Below are positions 49,779 to 63,000 of a stretch of 64,000 bases of DNA, one piece after another. Both the position numbers and the translations under genes were made by a program. Position 1 is the stretch's first letter, and the number at the start of each line of letters is the position of its first letter. The stretch covers positions 992,001 through 1,056,000 of the forward strand of contig NC_081334.1 of assembly GCF_022539665.2 (NCBI RefSeq). The letters are read 5' to 3'. Under the pieces are notes generated by a model. That model was given only the letters and a program-made list of their open reading frames with translations, was not told where the DNA came from and did not search any database. This stretch comes from Daphnia carinata (taxonomy: Eukaryota).

Positions 49779-51927
49779 TTTTGGTAGTTGAGGAGACTTT
49801 CGGTCGACTGACGGTCACTACAGAGAAGGTCAACTAGAAGTCGAATACCAAAACAAACCCCGCGGCTAAAAAAGTGTTTGCCAGATGGCGTTTTATAAAC
49901 TTCTCTACTCTATAAAAAAAACAAGGAAAAATGAGGAGGAGTTTTGTGTGTCCGTCACGTTGTGCATTTGCTGTGACTGGCGGGGAGACTACCTGAAATA
50001 GAGTTTAAGTAAAACGTAGGCTAGTAATTTTATAAAAAATAGAAAACTACAGATGTGCGAAGTTCTGAAGAGAACTAACCATTCCAACTGAACTGTGAGC
50101 TATTATTACGCGAAGGCAAAACCATAATTGCATCCGTAGAAAGGGACACTGGAGTAGCAAGTTGTCCACTTTGCCCTATTTACCCAACAAAATGTCCCGC
50201 CCTATCAGCAAAAACGCAACGTTAGTGACGTGGGGCTGAACCCTAGTACGAACTGTATTTTTCAAATTTTTCCAATCACAAAGATAAAAACAAAAACGCA
50301 AAACGTAAAACTTAGTTGGACGATTTTACATTACATTCAACCAACATATTTAAGAAACTGGTAAAATTGTTACAAGTAATAGCAGACAAAAGGCACCGTT
50401 TTTAAAAGCAAGAATAACTGATTCACTTGTTGAGCCAAAATGGTTTTACCAAGGCAAGGGTACTTTGTGGTCATCTTCACCTAACAATACAAGAACAGTA
50501 CTAGAATGGGGGACGGTTTCTGTTATACTGATTTTTTTTTAGAGCAAATCCAGGAAGGACAACTGCCAAAGTGTTATACACGAAAGTCACACGATCCAAA
50601 TAAATTGGTCTTTCTCTTTTAAATACTTCAGCCGTACTGGAGCTCTGGTAAAATTGACACAAGCTATTTTTCTTTTTCTTTTTTTTAGTTTGAATTAACA
50701 CGTCAGAAGGATATTCAATAGGGTTTTGTTTGTTAATAAAGGACACATGTCCTACTGCCGAACAGCTCAGTCCCTAAATCATTAAAAAGATTTCAGTCAA
50801 GTTTTCATGCAATTAACACTAAAGCTTTTTACCTGATTTCAAACAAACGTGGTGCCGTTTTTTTTAATAACAAATCAGTGGAATCCAAAATTGGGCATTT
50901 TCCAGCATATATTTGGGGCAGGGTTCGCCTTGTTGTAAAGGTGATTCTGTATGTACTGACACGGACACTGAGACGTAGCACAGTGAAGTGGTGTGGGCGG
51001 TACTGGAGAGGAAACAGGGAGACCATTTGACGTACCAGAGGATTGATTACCACCACCACCACCACCAGCTGCTGGTTTGGTTTCGTACGCACAAGTAATG
51101 CCCCGCCACAGAAGAACACCAATCAGAAAATGTATAATTACTAACAAGCTACAGGCTATTACTCTATGGGATAACTTATTAATTGGAAAAGTTAATATAT
51201 ATTTATAGCTCTTGTCTGTTAAAAATAAAGCGATACCAATTTTTGCTTCAACATTCTCATCTATGCTGGTCGTCACGGCTGTCAGTGACAGACGGAAGAG
51301 AGATGGAATTTGTCGAAGCAAAAATTCCTCGCAGAAAGTGTAATTTTAAAGAAATTGACATGGACCTGTGGCATTGTAGGCATTGATTGCAGCGAGCAGT
51401 TGCAAGTCGAGACTTCCTCGAGCCAATCCTTTAGCCCACCGCTGGCTGTAACGAAGAAGCAATATGCCCGCCCTTGCCTACACACAAGACACATTGGCAA
51501 ATACAATCCAGCAATGTTTAGAACTCTTTGGGGTAAGGCTGTTAAATTTAAATGTTCAAGGCAGTCGCGGATTAGTTTTCACTGATTACTCAAGTTTCTT
51601 AATTTTCAGAACTGGTAGCTTTCTGAATGTCAACGTCCACTTGGGTACATAATTTAAAAGAATTTTAAATAACAAATGAAAATAAAAAACCAGAATGGCT
51701 ACCAGTTGCCACTTAGCAAAAAGAATTCCTGAAAATGCTTTCTCAGGTTCAAAGGTTGTTCCTTTTCTTTCTTTCTTTTTTTTTTTTGTTGGTTTGTTTG
51801 TTTGCTTTCTTCTTTTGCGCGTTATGTTAGAAAATAGAAGCGCCTGCTAAATAAAATAAGAAACTATACTATTCTAAAAATAGGTCAGGACGTCAGGAGG
51901 AAAGGAGTTAAAAAGCCGCTAATGGTG

Positions 51928-53707
51928 TTATTCGAGGGGAGCGCAAGAGCAGGAGCAACAACTGCGCGGGTCTTTGCGAGGTTTGTTTCTCAAATAGTCT
52001 TCAATAAATTGACAGAGGCAGAGGGCGGAACTATGATGGCGGGGGCGGGGATAATTGGCGTGAGGGGCAATTCCAAAGGAAGGGTTAGCAGAATTGTAGG
52101 TGTTGTAGCTATCATCTACACTCCAATCGAGCCTGTGACGAAGGAATTCCTTGGCCCATCTTTGAGCGTAGCGTAACAGCAATCGTTCGGCACTCTCCTA
52201 ATGTACATGGGCATGCGTTTTAAAAAAGTCCAGTTTACTCTAAAACTATTCATCTATCTGATACTATGTAAAGGCTGTTTGCAGACACTGCCACATTTAA
52301 ACGTGCACGAAGCAAAAGCATTCACAAAAGGCATACTTGTTTTCGCGATATGCGAATGGGGTTGGCGCCAGCCACTACAATGTCCGTATCGTCAATGTCC
52401 ATTCGCTGGCGCATCTGTCTTTGGCGTTGTAAATCTTCAGCATTGGTCTCTGTTCGATTTGCATGACCTTCCGCATCCAGCAATGCTTGTAGCTTTCTCT
52501 ACTCAAAGCCCAAAACACTGAAATCAAACACAGTACAGAATGTTGCCATTGAAAGACATCACTCACCACACAGTCCGTTGTATCAAAATAAATGAAGCAC
52601 AAATGGGTTTTGTGACAGGAAAGCTTTCCTCGATCGTCGACACCCAGAATAATGCGGTGACGCGTTAATGTTTGATTCGCCTTAGCAACCGCTTTTTCTA
52701 GCCCGTGGTTCATCTGCCGTTACAAAACAACAGACGTGAACTTTTCAAATAGGTCATTGATACAATGGTATTCTGAAAATGACTTACTTTGTTTTTCATC
52801 CACATGCAAACAAATATAGCTCCGGCATTTATGATCAACCAGATCACTCCGCATCCAAAGAGAGTGATGCCTTTAGCACCCGAGAAGAGTAGACCAAGTA
52901 AAACAATAAATGAGGCCAAGAGCCAAGCCATCAATAATCTTTTGTAGCACAAATTGTATGCTGTGAAGCGAACATCATGTACTAAGGTCTCCATGATTTG
53001 GACATAATCTTCCACTGTCAACTATCAACAACAAAATTATCCAATTTAGATAGAAAAGAAAAATAAGACAAAAACAAAAAATACACATTTGAATATTTAC
53101 TGCTTAAAACTATGGGACTTACACTAAGTCCTTCTGCCATAAGTTCTTCAGGTACAAGTTCTGGACGAAATTCAGCAGGTGTAATCCAAGGCCACTTTTG
53201 ATTGACAGGCAACACAGTCACTATAACATCCCCATTAGCTGTAACAAAACAAAGAAAAAACTGATTCAAAAAAACACAAATAAAACACTTATAATTAAAA
53301 AAAAACATCTGCCAAGTTTCTACATGTGAATTAAACTGTTTAACTAATTGGTACTTACAAAAACCTCTTTGAATTGAAGGATCCACCATAGCAGCCAAAT
53401 TGTTTTCAGCACCATCAAGATCATCAAGATTAATATTTCTCATTGTTGGGTTAACGGTTTTTTGTAAATCTTCGCCTTGAACATCTCCTTCAGGTACTTT
53501 TAGTTGGGCTAACTGTTTTAATTTATCAATGTCAATCTGGACAGTCTCTGTGTCGATGACTGCTCCATTATAATTTGACATTGTCGATGCAGCAGGAGGA
53601 TTCTCTGTATGGTTGGACGGTTTAAGTTCATTGTTTTCATCAAACTGGACCCATTTTTTTTCCACAGGGCTGCTTCTCTGCTCTTCATTCCCCATTTTGT
53701 CAGACAT
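51928..53707 (-). CDS. Tmem268: TMEM268-like transmembrane protein, ~6 coding exons
   Basis: Spliced ORF MSDKMG..KWVQFD..NGDVIVTVLPVNQKWPWITPAEFRPELVPEELMAEGLS|LTVEDYV..two TM helices..|..LGVDDRGKLSCHK..CFIYFD..|RKLQ..ISRKQ|ESAERLLLRYAQRW..CLCQFIEDYL... The family is assigned from remembered similarity to arthropod TMEM268. Confidence 0.8.
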
Positions 53708-54530
53708 ATTGTTAAACCTGAATGAGAAAGGAGGTCACATCAGTATGGTCACTTCAGTATGAAATCCAGACAGGAAAAACAATAATATTTTTTTGAGTAA
53801 ATCACTAAGATATTATATGGGAAAGAAATAAAAAGTACTGATTCAATGTATTCATTCTTTGCCACAAACGTGTAGAAATATTTGCTAGACGAATTTCACG
53901 CAACTGCTCTGATAGAAAAAAAAAAACTTGACCATATGTTAATCGATACTATCAATTCTCTCAAAATGCGGGGAGAACACAAAAATAAAGGGTAGAAAAC
54001 CAAACGTTTACCGATATTTGATGACGACGGCCACACCCTTTAAAAGTTTAGTCTAACCATCAAAACATATTTTTCCACACAAGCAAGTCACAAGTTTATG
54101 TGTCTTGTATTCCGGACGTAGTCTACTACCACATACGTGGGGGGAAGGGAAAGAATAAATATATAATTAAATACGGGCTAGCTATACAAATCCCTTCTGA
54201 CCAACGAGTCGAAGTTAAGAATTCGCAACTGGTTTTAAGAAATGAGAGGCCTAACGTATTTAACTATAGCTATATATTACAAAAGATGCGATAATGCAAG
54301 GATGGTATAGCTTTGAATTTGAATAACGCTCCACTCAATTTGATTCAAAGATGAAAGATAACGACTGCAGATAAAGCCTTAAAGCGCCACTCCACATAAC
54401 TGAGGCAATAGCTCTAGGCATTACCATTGACATTGCAGTACCAATATCCCTATACTCTGTAGTCTGTACTGGTAACTTTTTAGCAATTCTGAATGACCCA
54501 TTAAATAACGTTCTTAGTAAATTATAGAAT

Positions 54531-55865
54531 ATGGCCAAGACCTACGATTACCTGTTTAAATTACTACTCATTGGAGATTCTGGCGTCGGGAAAACATGCG
54601 TCTTATTTCGCTTTAGCGAAGATGCCTTCAACTCGACTTTCATCTCGACCATTGGTATACGCCGTTTTTTTTCCTTCCTATGTCGTTTTCCGTGAACGTT
54701 GTAACCACTGAGTCATCCATTTCATTTTGAATGAGATCCGGTTGCGTTAGATCTACAAGATGTTTTGTTTTAATGAAATTTTAACAAACCCCACTGAATT
54801 GCTTTTTCTCCTACAGGAATAGACTTTAAGATTAGAACTATTGAATTGGATGGAAAGAAAATAAAACTGCAAATATGGTAGGTGTCGAGTCTATGTGAAG
54901 CTTCTAAGTTATCTATATTTTAAAGTTTACATCTTATTTTCATAGGGATACAGCAGGCCAGGAACGATTCCGCACAATAACAACAGCGTAAGCACTGTGA
55001 TGATACCAAATGTTATTGGAACATCAAAATAAGCCTAATGACAATTAACATTTTTCCAGTTATTATCGTGGTGCAATGGGAATCATGTTGGTTTATGACA
55101 TCACCAACGATAAGAGCTTTGACAACATCAAAAACTGGATACGAAATATTGAGGAACATGCATCAGCTGATGTAGAAAAAATGATATTGGGGAACAAATG
55201 TGACATGAATGACAAAAGACAGGTAATTTTCTCCCCTGACCCATCTGTTGAATCCTACAAAATATTGAACATCATGCTGGTCCCTTGTGTAGGTCTCCAA
55301 AGATCGTGGAGAACAACTCGCCATCGAGTACGGCATTAAATTCATGGAAACCAGCGCCAAGGCTTCAATCAACGTCGAAGACGCTTTTTTCACTCTCGCC
55401 AGAGATATCAAAGCAAAGATGGAAAAGAAGCTGGTAAGATTACTACCTGTTAAGTTCCCGTCCACATTTTGGCTTGTTCAGAAAAAGAACGATTTTTTCA
55501 TCTTATTTTCCTTTGTTTCGCCCGTATTGGATGCCATTTCCCTTCTTGGTGTACAGAAGGTAATTGATTTCGTCAAAAGTGACGTTTGCATGAGCAGTTT
55601 GCACAGTAGGACAGTTGCAACGCAACATATTTCCCCTGAATTCTTCTGTTTGTTTTTCCGAAAGTCCGCCCCGATTGGTTTCCTCAATTTCCTAGCGTTG
55701 TGCCTCCTGGCACGTTCAATGCGACATTAAACTTATTCATTCGTGGATTCTATTTTTTAGGAGGCGAGTCACCCGTCAGGCAAAGGCGGAGGTCATCAGA
55801 TAAAGGCCGACGAACCTCCACGGAAGCCTCTAACGTCTTGGCTCTCTCGGTGTTCTATACTCTGA
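54531..55865 (+). CDS. Rab8: Rab8 small GTPase, 6 coding exons
   Basis: [93 protein letters not shown].., ending in CaaX CSIL. Divergent from Tmem268. Confidence 0.97.
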
Positions 55866-57077
55866 TTCAGCAAACGCTTAGTTAATGTGATTTTTTTTAA
55901 TACGAAAAATTTCTCTTGCCCTATCTTTACCCTCACCTTGTATTTTTTGGAACCCCTCATATAAATTAAGTAATTTTTTTGTTCGGCACCCATTTGTTTT
56001 TTTTTCCTCTTTTTTTTAATTTTTAATTTTGCTTTGTTTAGTTGAATGGCTGATTAATAACAATCAGATAAAAAACAAAACAAACAAAAAAAAAACGGAA
56101 GGAGACAAAAGGAGAATCAAGTCACCGCAATAAGAGGGCTCCCAATGGAGATCATATCCCCTAAATCCTTTTTGTACAGTGAAAGCGTCAACTGATTTTT
56201 GAATTCACCCTTTGCAACAAAACTTTCTTTTCCTGGTCTTTTTTTTTAAATGCCCACTAACAAATGTGCGCCCTTTCATGCGCGCCACAGTTCTAGATCA
56301 CGTTTGGCAACCCATGACCTTCGTCACTGGTGAACTTCTTGCCCCTTTCTACAAAGTGACTGAATACAAAAACAAAGAACTTCTTGATTTTTCGCCTTGT
56401 TCGTATGGGAGCAGTGTATGTTGAACGACCGTACTCATATCTGATAAGCACACGGAATAACACTAGCGACAACAAACGAGGAAAGGATCAAGGGCAAAGG
56501 CAGGTAGACGGGAAAATTGCTAGAAGTTGATTTTCATAGACGTGACGATATCATCGAAAACAATTCTATCGGCGTTAATACGAATTATCAGAGCCGACTA
56601 GGTACGCCCAAAATATTGGGATAATAATAATATTTTTTTTTTACACATTGAATCTCAAACTGTAGGTATTACTTCATTCCAAAGAAAGGAAAAAAAAAAT
56701 CTCTGACGACGGGAATGTTAAAAAAAATTAAACTTTTTGAAATGAATTCAGAAGATGAAATCAAATGAAAAAAAAAATGGGGGAAGGACGAGGAATACTT
56801 TTGTTAAGTGACATTTACCATCCAACACTTGGAACATAAGTGAGGCGGAGATTTTACATTCAAGGAAACCGCAATGAAAATGAAAATTACAATAGCAATC
56901 TATATGAGCACACGCACTTCGACATGCGTTGCAGAACAACATATGGGGAATATAAGAGGGACCGCAAACGAGGAAAAAGGGGGAGAGGGGTAGATAAGAC
57001 AAGCGACAGTAATGGATATCGTGCTCTATGCATGATTCGCATTCCATCCATCAACGACAGTCTGGAACGAACGGCAA

Positions 57078-60000
57078 TTATGAGGGAGGATGCGACGCCA
57101 CGTCAGTCTCGTGATGAACATCAACCCTGGCATTATGGCGGTGGATCTCATCATCACGTCCCTCTTTCGGAATATCATAAAATTGCGGATTATTTAGATT
57201 TTGCGTCGGCGACGAACATACGACCCCTGATTTACTGTTCTTCAAGTATAGCTTGTGACGATTTACGCCAGGTCCTGCAAAATAAAATTAAAATTCGTGA
57301 ATTGGCGTCTCAACTTTAGCAGCATGTCAACAAAAGAAAAACTGAGCAGAAAAATTTAAGAAAAGGTGCGAGCAACACGAATCCGCATACCTGAACCCCC
57401 TGTTAACTGTTAAGGCATTCGAACGAAATAAAAGATCGACACGAAAGCTGGAAACGAGTTAGCGTTGAAGATTGAAAAACAAAAACCAAAGAGAAAGGGA
57501 GAAAATGAGTAGGAATGTTTGAGCAGATTAAATAAACAACCCAGGCAGAGTGTAAATGGCAAAATAAAAAAAAAAATAAAAATGAACAGCAGGCAGGCAG
57601 GCAGTTTGCAGTGGGAGAGAGATTGAGTGGCCTTACGTTATTTTCTGTTTCAGCTTGGCTGAGCGTTACATGAACGGTTCGTCGCTGTAAGGAGACGCTG
57701 TGCTGCCACGCCTTCAGCTTATTTTGAGGGGGTCCTAAAAACGCGACCACACGTTGATTCACAAGTTAGACAGAAACAACGGTACGAAACGACCCATTTA
57801 ACACACGATATAAACCCGTTTGAACATAGGAAAACACTATCCCTTCGGCAGAAACAGAACCTCAAAACGAGTTGTCCTTTGCAGTGTTCCTTAAGTGTAC
57901 GTACGTATGTAAACCATTACAGACGAACGGTATCGGACCCGTGTTACTGCCACGATTTCCGCATACCATCGGAAGCTATGGAATTTCTCCATTGGACAAA
58001 TTTCACAGCTCGAATCGACAGATGCGTACGGACGACGAAGCCCAAAACGAATAGAAAGAAAATTATTTATTTTTTTGTTTACCGATGAAAGACAACAAGA
58101 CTGGCAAGAAGATGAGGCCATGGGCTGCACCAATCAACACGATACCCAAGTACATGCGGAAGTAGAAGACTTGGAAAATCTGCGACTTGGCAAAAGCCAA
58201 AACAACGATTCCTCCGAATTTGGTCAGCGTGATGCCAGACAAAACCTACGGAATGGGTTCAACACTCAAATTACATCAACTGATGGATATTTTTAACAAG
58301 AACATGATTCGTACCGAGCTTCCCATTCTGACAAGAGATTCCTTGGATCGGGCAATGCGAGTGGGTTCAATCGACACGGCAAAGGCACGGACGATGTGAC
58401 TGCAGAATTCCACAGAGATACCGACAGCCTAAAAAAATGAAAGTTTACTCATAATGTTTGATTTGATTCCTTTTAGTTTAAATCAGGATGATGATATTAC
58501 CATGACAAGGTTGACGAGAGATACTGCATTGAGCGTAATGTCCCACAAGTACATGAGGCCGAACAGGTCGACCAAAATCATGATAATTGTGATGAGAACA
58601 ACGACCGATGAATGGATGTCAAGACCGAGGAGGATGAACGTCACGACAAATATAGCCGCAATGGAGATGCTGAGACTGATGATCACATCGCGCCACATCG
58701 TCAAGTATTGTTCGTAATAGACGTAGAAAATACTGTAGGGGAATACTTCCACCGTGCTATTGGCAACTGCAGACAGAGTTTCGGATATACTATCGGAAAT
58801 GACTCGGGCTTCAATCAGTGCTGAGTAAAAGTCTTTTGACGTCCTGAGGATTGAGTGGTAGGTCATAAAGTAATTAGCTCCAACTGTCAAATTGTCTTGA
58901 GCGCCGTTATAAACCAACGCCTAAAATATTAGGGAAAAAAACAAACATGAATGTCTGAAGATCCTTTTCTCTGAAACGTTTAGATACATACCTGTCCATA
59001 CGCTGCGTGACCTCCTTTTGGACACAATTCGCAGGGGTTATCGATCAAGAAAGTGGGCAGCCAGTTGTTGAACGTCCTTGGGTCGGGCCATAGTTTTTCC
59101 TCGTCGATGAATGTTTTGTCGCATTCAACACAGTCCAGGAAAGGATCTAAACAAATCAATACAATAAAAGACATCAATGGCCGAGCTACAAAATGAATGA
59201 CATTGTTTTTTTACCTGGTTGGAAGGCTGGACAGAAATCTCCGGTAATGCCATTGACTTTACAACACTCAGAAATTCTAAACCAATCGAGGTAATCGTCT
59301 ATCCAGGAAGCTGGCGTAGCAGCAATGTACGAACGGCTCTTGTTCTTGGAGGCCAAATAGATTTGCGTGACGAGGGAATCGGTGTCACATCCACGACCGC
59401 CGCAAAGTTTTTGCTGTGCAAGCTGATCCGTGTAATTGTAAGAGCTCTCTTTCACGACAAAGTAAACCGGGGCACCGACCGAAAGATACTTGGCGAGATA
59501 CTATTCAAAAAGGTGAATAAAAACCATTACATTTCTTGCGTCAATCAATCTTTGAAGAATGACTTACGGCAAAATAATCCAGCATGTACGAATCTTCAGG
59601 CATAGAGAGTTCTTGATCAAGTCCAACTTCAACGCGAGGTGTCAGAGCAATTGAAGCGCAAAGCCAACCGAAGAAAACGACCATGACAACAGCTCGCATG
59701 GGTTTCGACAAAATGAATGGCGCATAAGCGTCCTGGAATAGTTTGTACAGTGCCCCTTCGGCAGCAGCGGCATCTTTAGGGTCGTTCTTCTTTCCGACTT
59801 GGACACAACAGCAAATGTCCAGGCGATTGCTCTTCAGGGTACAAGCAAATAAAAATCAATTAGTACCGGATATTGCGCATTGAGCTGAGTGGCATCAAAA
59901 CTAACCTCTTGCCGAGCTGTATCGAGCGAGAACAGGCCGATAAAGCAGGTCATCTGCAGCAAAAAGTCCAGAAGCAGGGCCATACCAGCGTACAGCGCAA

Positions 60001-63000
60001 ACGCTTTGACGGCAGGCATTCCCGACAACGCCCCTGCGACGATGCAAGGATAACAACATAAGCAACAAAGGACGCTTAAAATAGATCAAACAGCCAATGG
60101 GAATACCAAGGAAAAAGCAAAAGGCTTCTGAAATGGAGGAGAGCAACATAGACGGAGCCACTTCACCGACGATGCGGCCAATATGTTCCTCGTGCGTCTC
60201 GTTGGCACGGCGGGGTTCACGTTGGTAGGTTTGGACTAAGATGAAAATATTGTCGACACCGACAGCCAATACCAAGAAGGGAATAACTTCAATGATGATA
60301 AGGGTAGCAGGTACTCCAATGTAGCCGTAGAAACCGATGGATGCGACGACGGACAAGAGCACAATGATGACGCCACCAATACCCAGGGTAATCTTGCTGT
60401 CCACCTATAAAAAAAGAAGTAGGATGTTAAAACTTTGCGAAACCCATTTTAAATAATAAAAGAAGGTGCTATAAATTTGCATACCAATAGCCTGGAGAAG
60501 GATCGAGCTTGGCCGAGAGCGATGGCAATATACGCAAACATGATGCAATACGATATGGCAATGGTAATAACGTCCGACTGGCTTGCACGAGTCAACTCGT
60601 CTTCAATGGAACGTTCGGCCATGTAGGCTACCGACATGTACTTTGGCATCTTATTTTCCTTCCAGTATTTCATGTATTCCAAAAATCTGAAAAGTTCAAA
60701 TCAATTAAGGTTAGTCGTTGAAATAGCTGAAAAAAATTTAATAAATAATAACAAGCGAATGAATCATTTACTTCTTTTCCCAGTCTTTAGCCGGGCCCAA
60801 AAGGTCTTTGTCTGCCTTATTGTTGACGATGAAAGTTAAAATGAGGGCGGTGGCGTTCATGTACAGAGATTCGTCGCTGACGCTTTCGTTTTCGCCATTG
60901 CGGAAACCTCCGAGAACGACGTAGGGGAATGCTGGCCCACCGTATTCAGCCAAACAACCAATTTGCTCCAAGGCACCGGTAGTTTCATTTTGCCATTTGA
61001 AATTATTGTCGTAAGGCATCAGTGGATTCCTGAAAGTAAAAAATGGAGAAAATGTCAAACCAACCCACGAAAGCATTAGAAAACCACGTCGTACTTGGAA
61101 CAGTAGATGGCGTGATCCAAGTAGGTGTAATTATAGCCATTCGTAGTGCCAACAACAGATTTGAGCAAATAGTCTTCACGGCCCTGCCACCAACCCAAGA
61201 CGCTCTGAATGGTACATTCGTTGACATCGGGGGCCATGGGCTTGTAGCAAATGTTACCCAACGTTGTGTTCAACTCATCGCCCATTATCTGATGTGAAAA
61301 ACAATCAACAGTTTAGTGACAATTCTCAAGAACTTAATTATAAAAAAACAAAAACTCACGGCTTCGATATCGTGTTGTAAATGAAGGGCTTCAAGGAGGA
61401 AGTCAAGTCTAAAGGCGGGTCCGAACCTTTTGGTGCCTGATAAGGTTTCATAGTCAAACTGTTGAAAACAAAGAAAAAAAGAAGACAAAATTAAAAATAC
61501 ATACATATTTAGTTAGACTTGAAATTATCTGTTGATTAATACGTACGCCTGAAATATATTCGGCGTGAAGGATAACCTGCTCTGTGCGATAGAAAGGGGT
61601 GAAACTCTTATCGAAATAGTCTTTTTCTTGACGGGAGCGACTCTCGGGGGCAGCCCAAAGCTCAACCGGATCGATGGTGACTTCCAGGTAGATAACGCCC
61701 ACGGTCAGGGCGGTGGCCACCGAAATACCCAGGAAAAGGACCATCCACGGCCATCTAGCGCAAACTGACAAACCGCAAAAAAACGAAAAACACAGTCAAT
61801 TGGGAAAGTTCATTTAACGTGTTCATAGATCCAATCAAAAACTTACAAGTGCCCCACGCGGTGAAGAATGATTCGAGCGCCTTTTCCATGGACGCTCCTG
61901 CTCGTTCCATGAACGAGCCCTGAACGTATTCATATTGCGAGTCGGTAGACGACGTCGTAGAGATGGTCGGCTGCAGCGAACGACGTTTGACTCCGCGTGC
62001 TAAACAATCGATAATCAAATGTCAGGACAAAGACAAAACGATATCGAGATCACTTCAATCAAACTTTCGCTAAAAACCCCAATCGACTAATCAAAACATC
62101 GCCACGCAACTGCTGGCGGTGCGGGTCGCCAGCCGCACGCGCGTTTACTCGCCGTTTGTGAACGGGGCGTGGCGATGCTTCGGGTCGTCAAAGAAAAAAG
62201 GGAAAGTTTGATGAAGCAATGTTTTGCTTTTTTTTTCGAGAGTACAAAACAAGAATGCTTGTGGAATTGATCAGATTGTGGTGGGGAAAGAAAATGGGGA
62301 AGGAGAAGGTCAGGACAGACGGGAATATGTTGAAACAATCGTAAAAGCAGTCGATGCAAAACGTGTTAGAGTCCCGTACACCTAACAATAGCGTAATCGT
62401 AATCAAAGCATTCAATTGATGTTTTTTTTTAGTGCCAACGCGTTGCAAATGAACAGTGAGAAAAAAGAACGAAGACATTCTACGGTAGAAAATAAGATAG
62501 TTCATGGAAACCCCGTGAGTCTCTGCAAGCCATCCACACCAAAAAATGCATGCAATAATCGTGAAGACGGTGATTCGTCAAATGTGAAGGTTCCCTTCAG
62601 GACAACTGAAACAATCAATCGCAAAATGACGTCAACGTTCACAACGGGGCGAAGGAAAAAAAAAAATATGTTTTCGAAAATATATCAAAGCACGTAGAAA
62701 AATAAAGAAAGAAAAAAGGGGGCCTATTAAAAACGCACAATTATGCTTGCCAACGGGTGTGTACGAAAAAGGGACGTTGCGTGAAAAATTTCCAAAGAAA
62801 GAAAATTTTTTTTTTTACCACACCCATAGACTAACCGTAAAAAAAAAAGAACCTAATAATAAGACGGACTGGCTTTTTTTCAAGTGGGTCAGTAGGTTTC
62901 GCATCGTCGGCAAGCACAATATTGTAGGCGTAAATAAACGAGGCATTTTTCTTTCTCTTTTTTCAACCTATGCGATGTTCCCGTTATCACCCCACGACAA

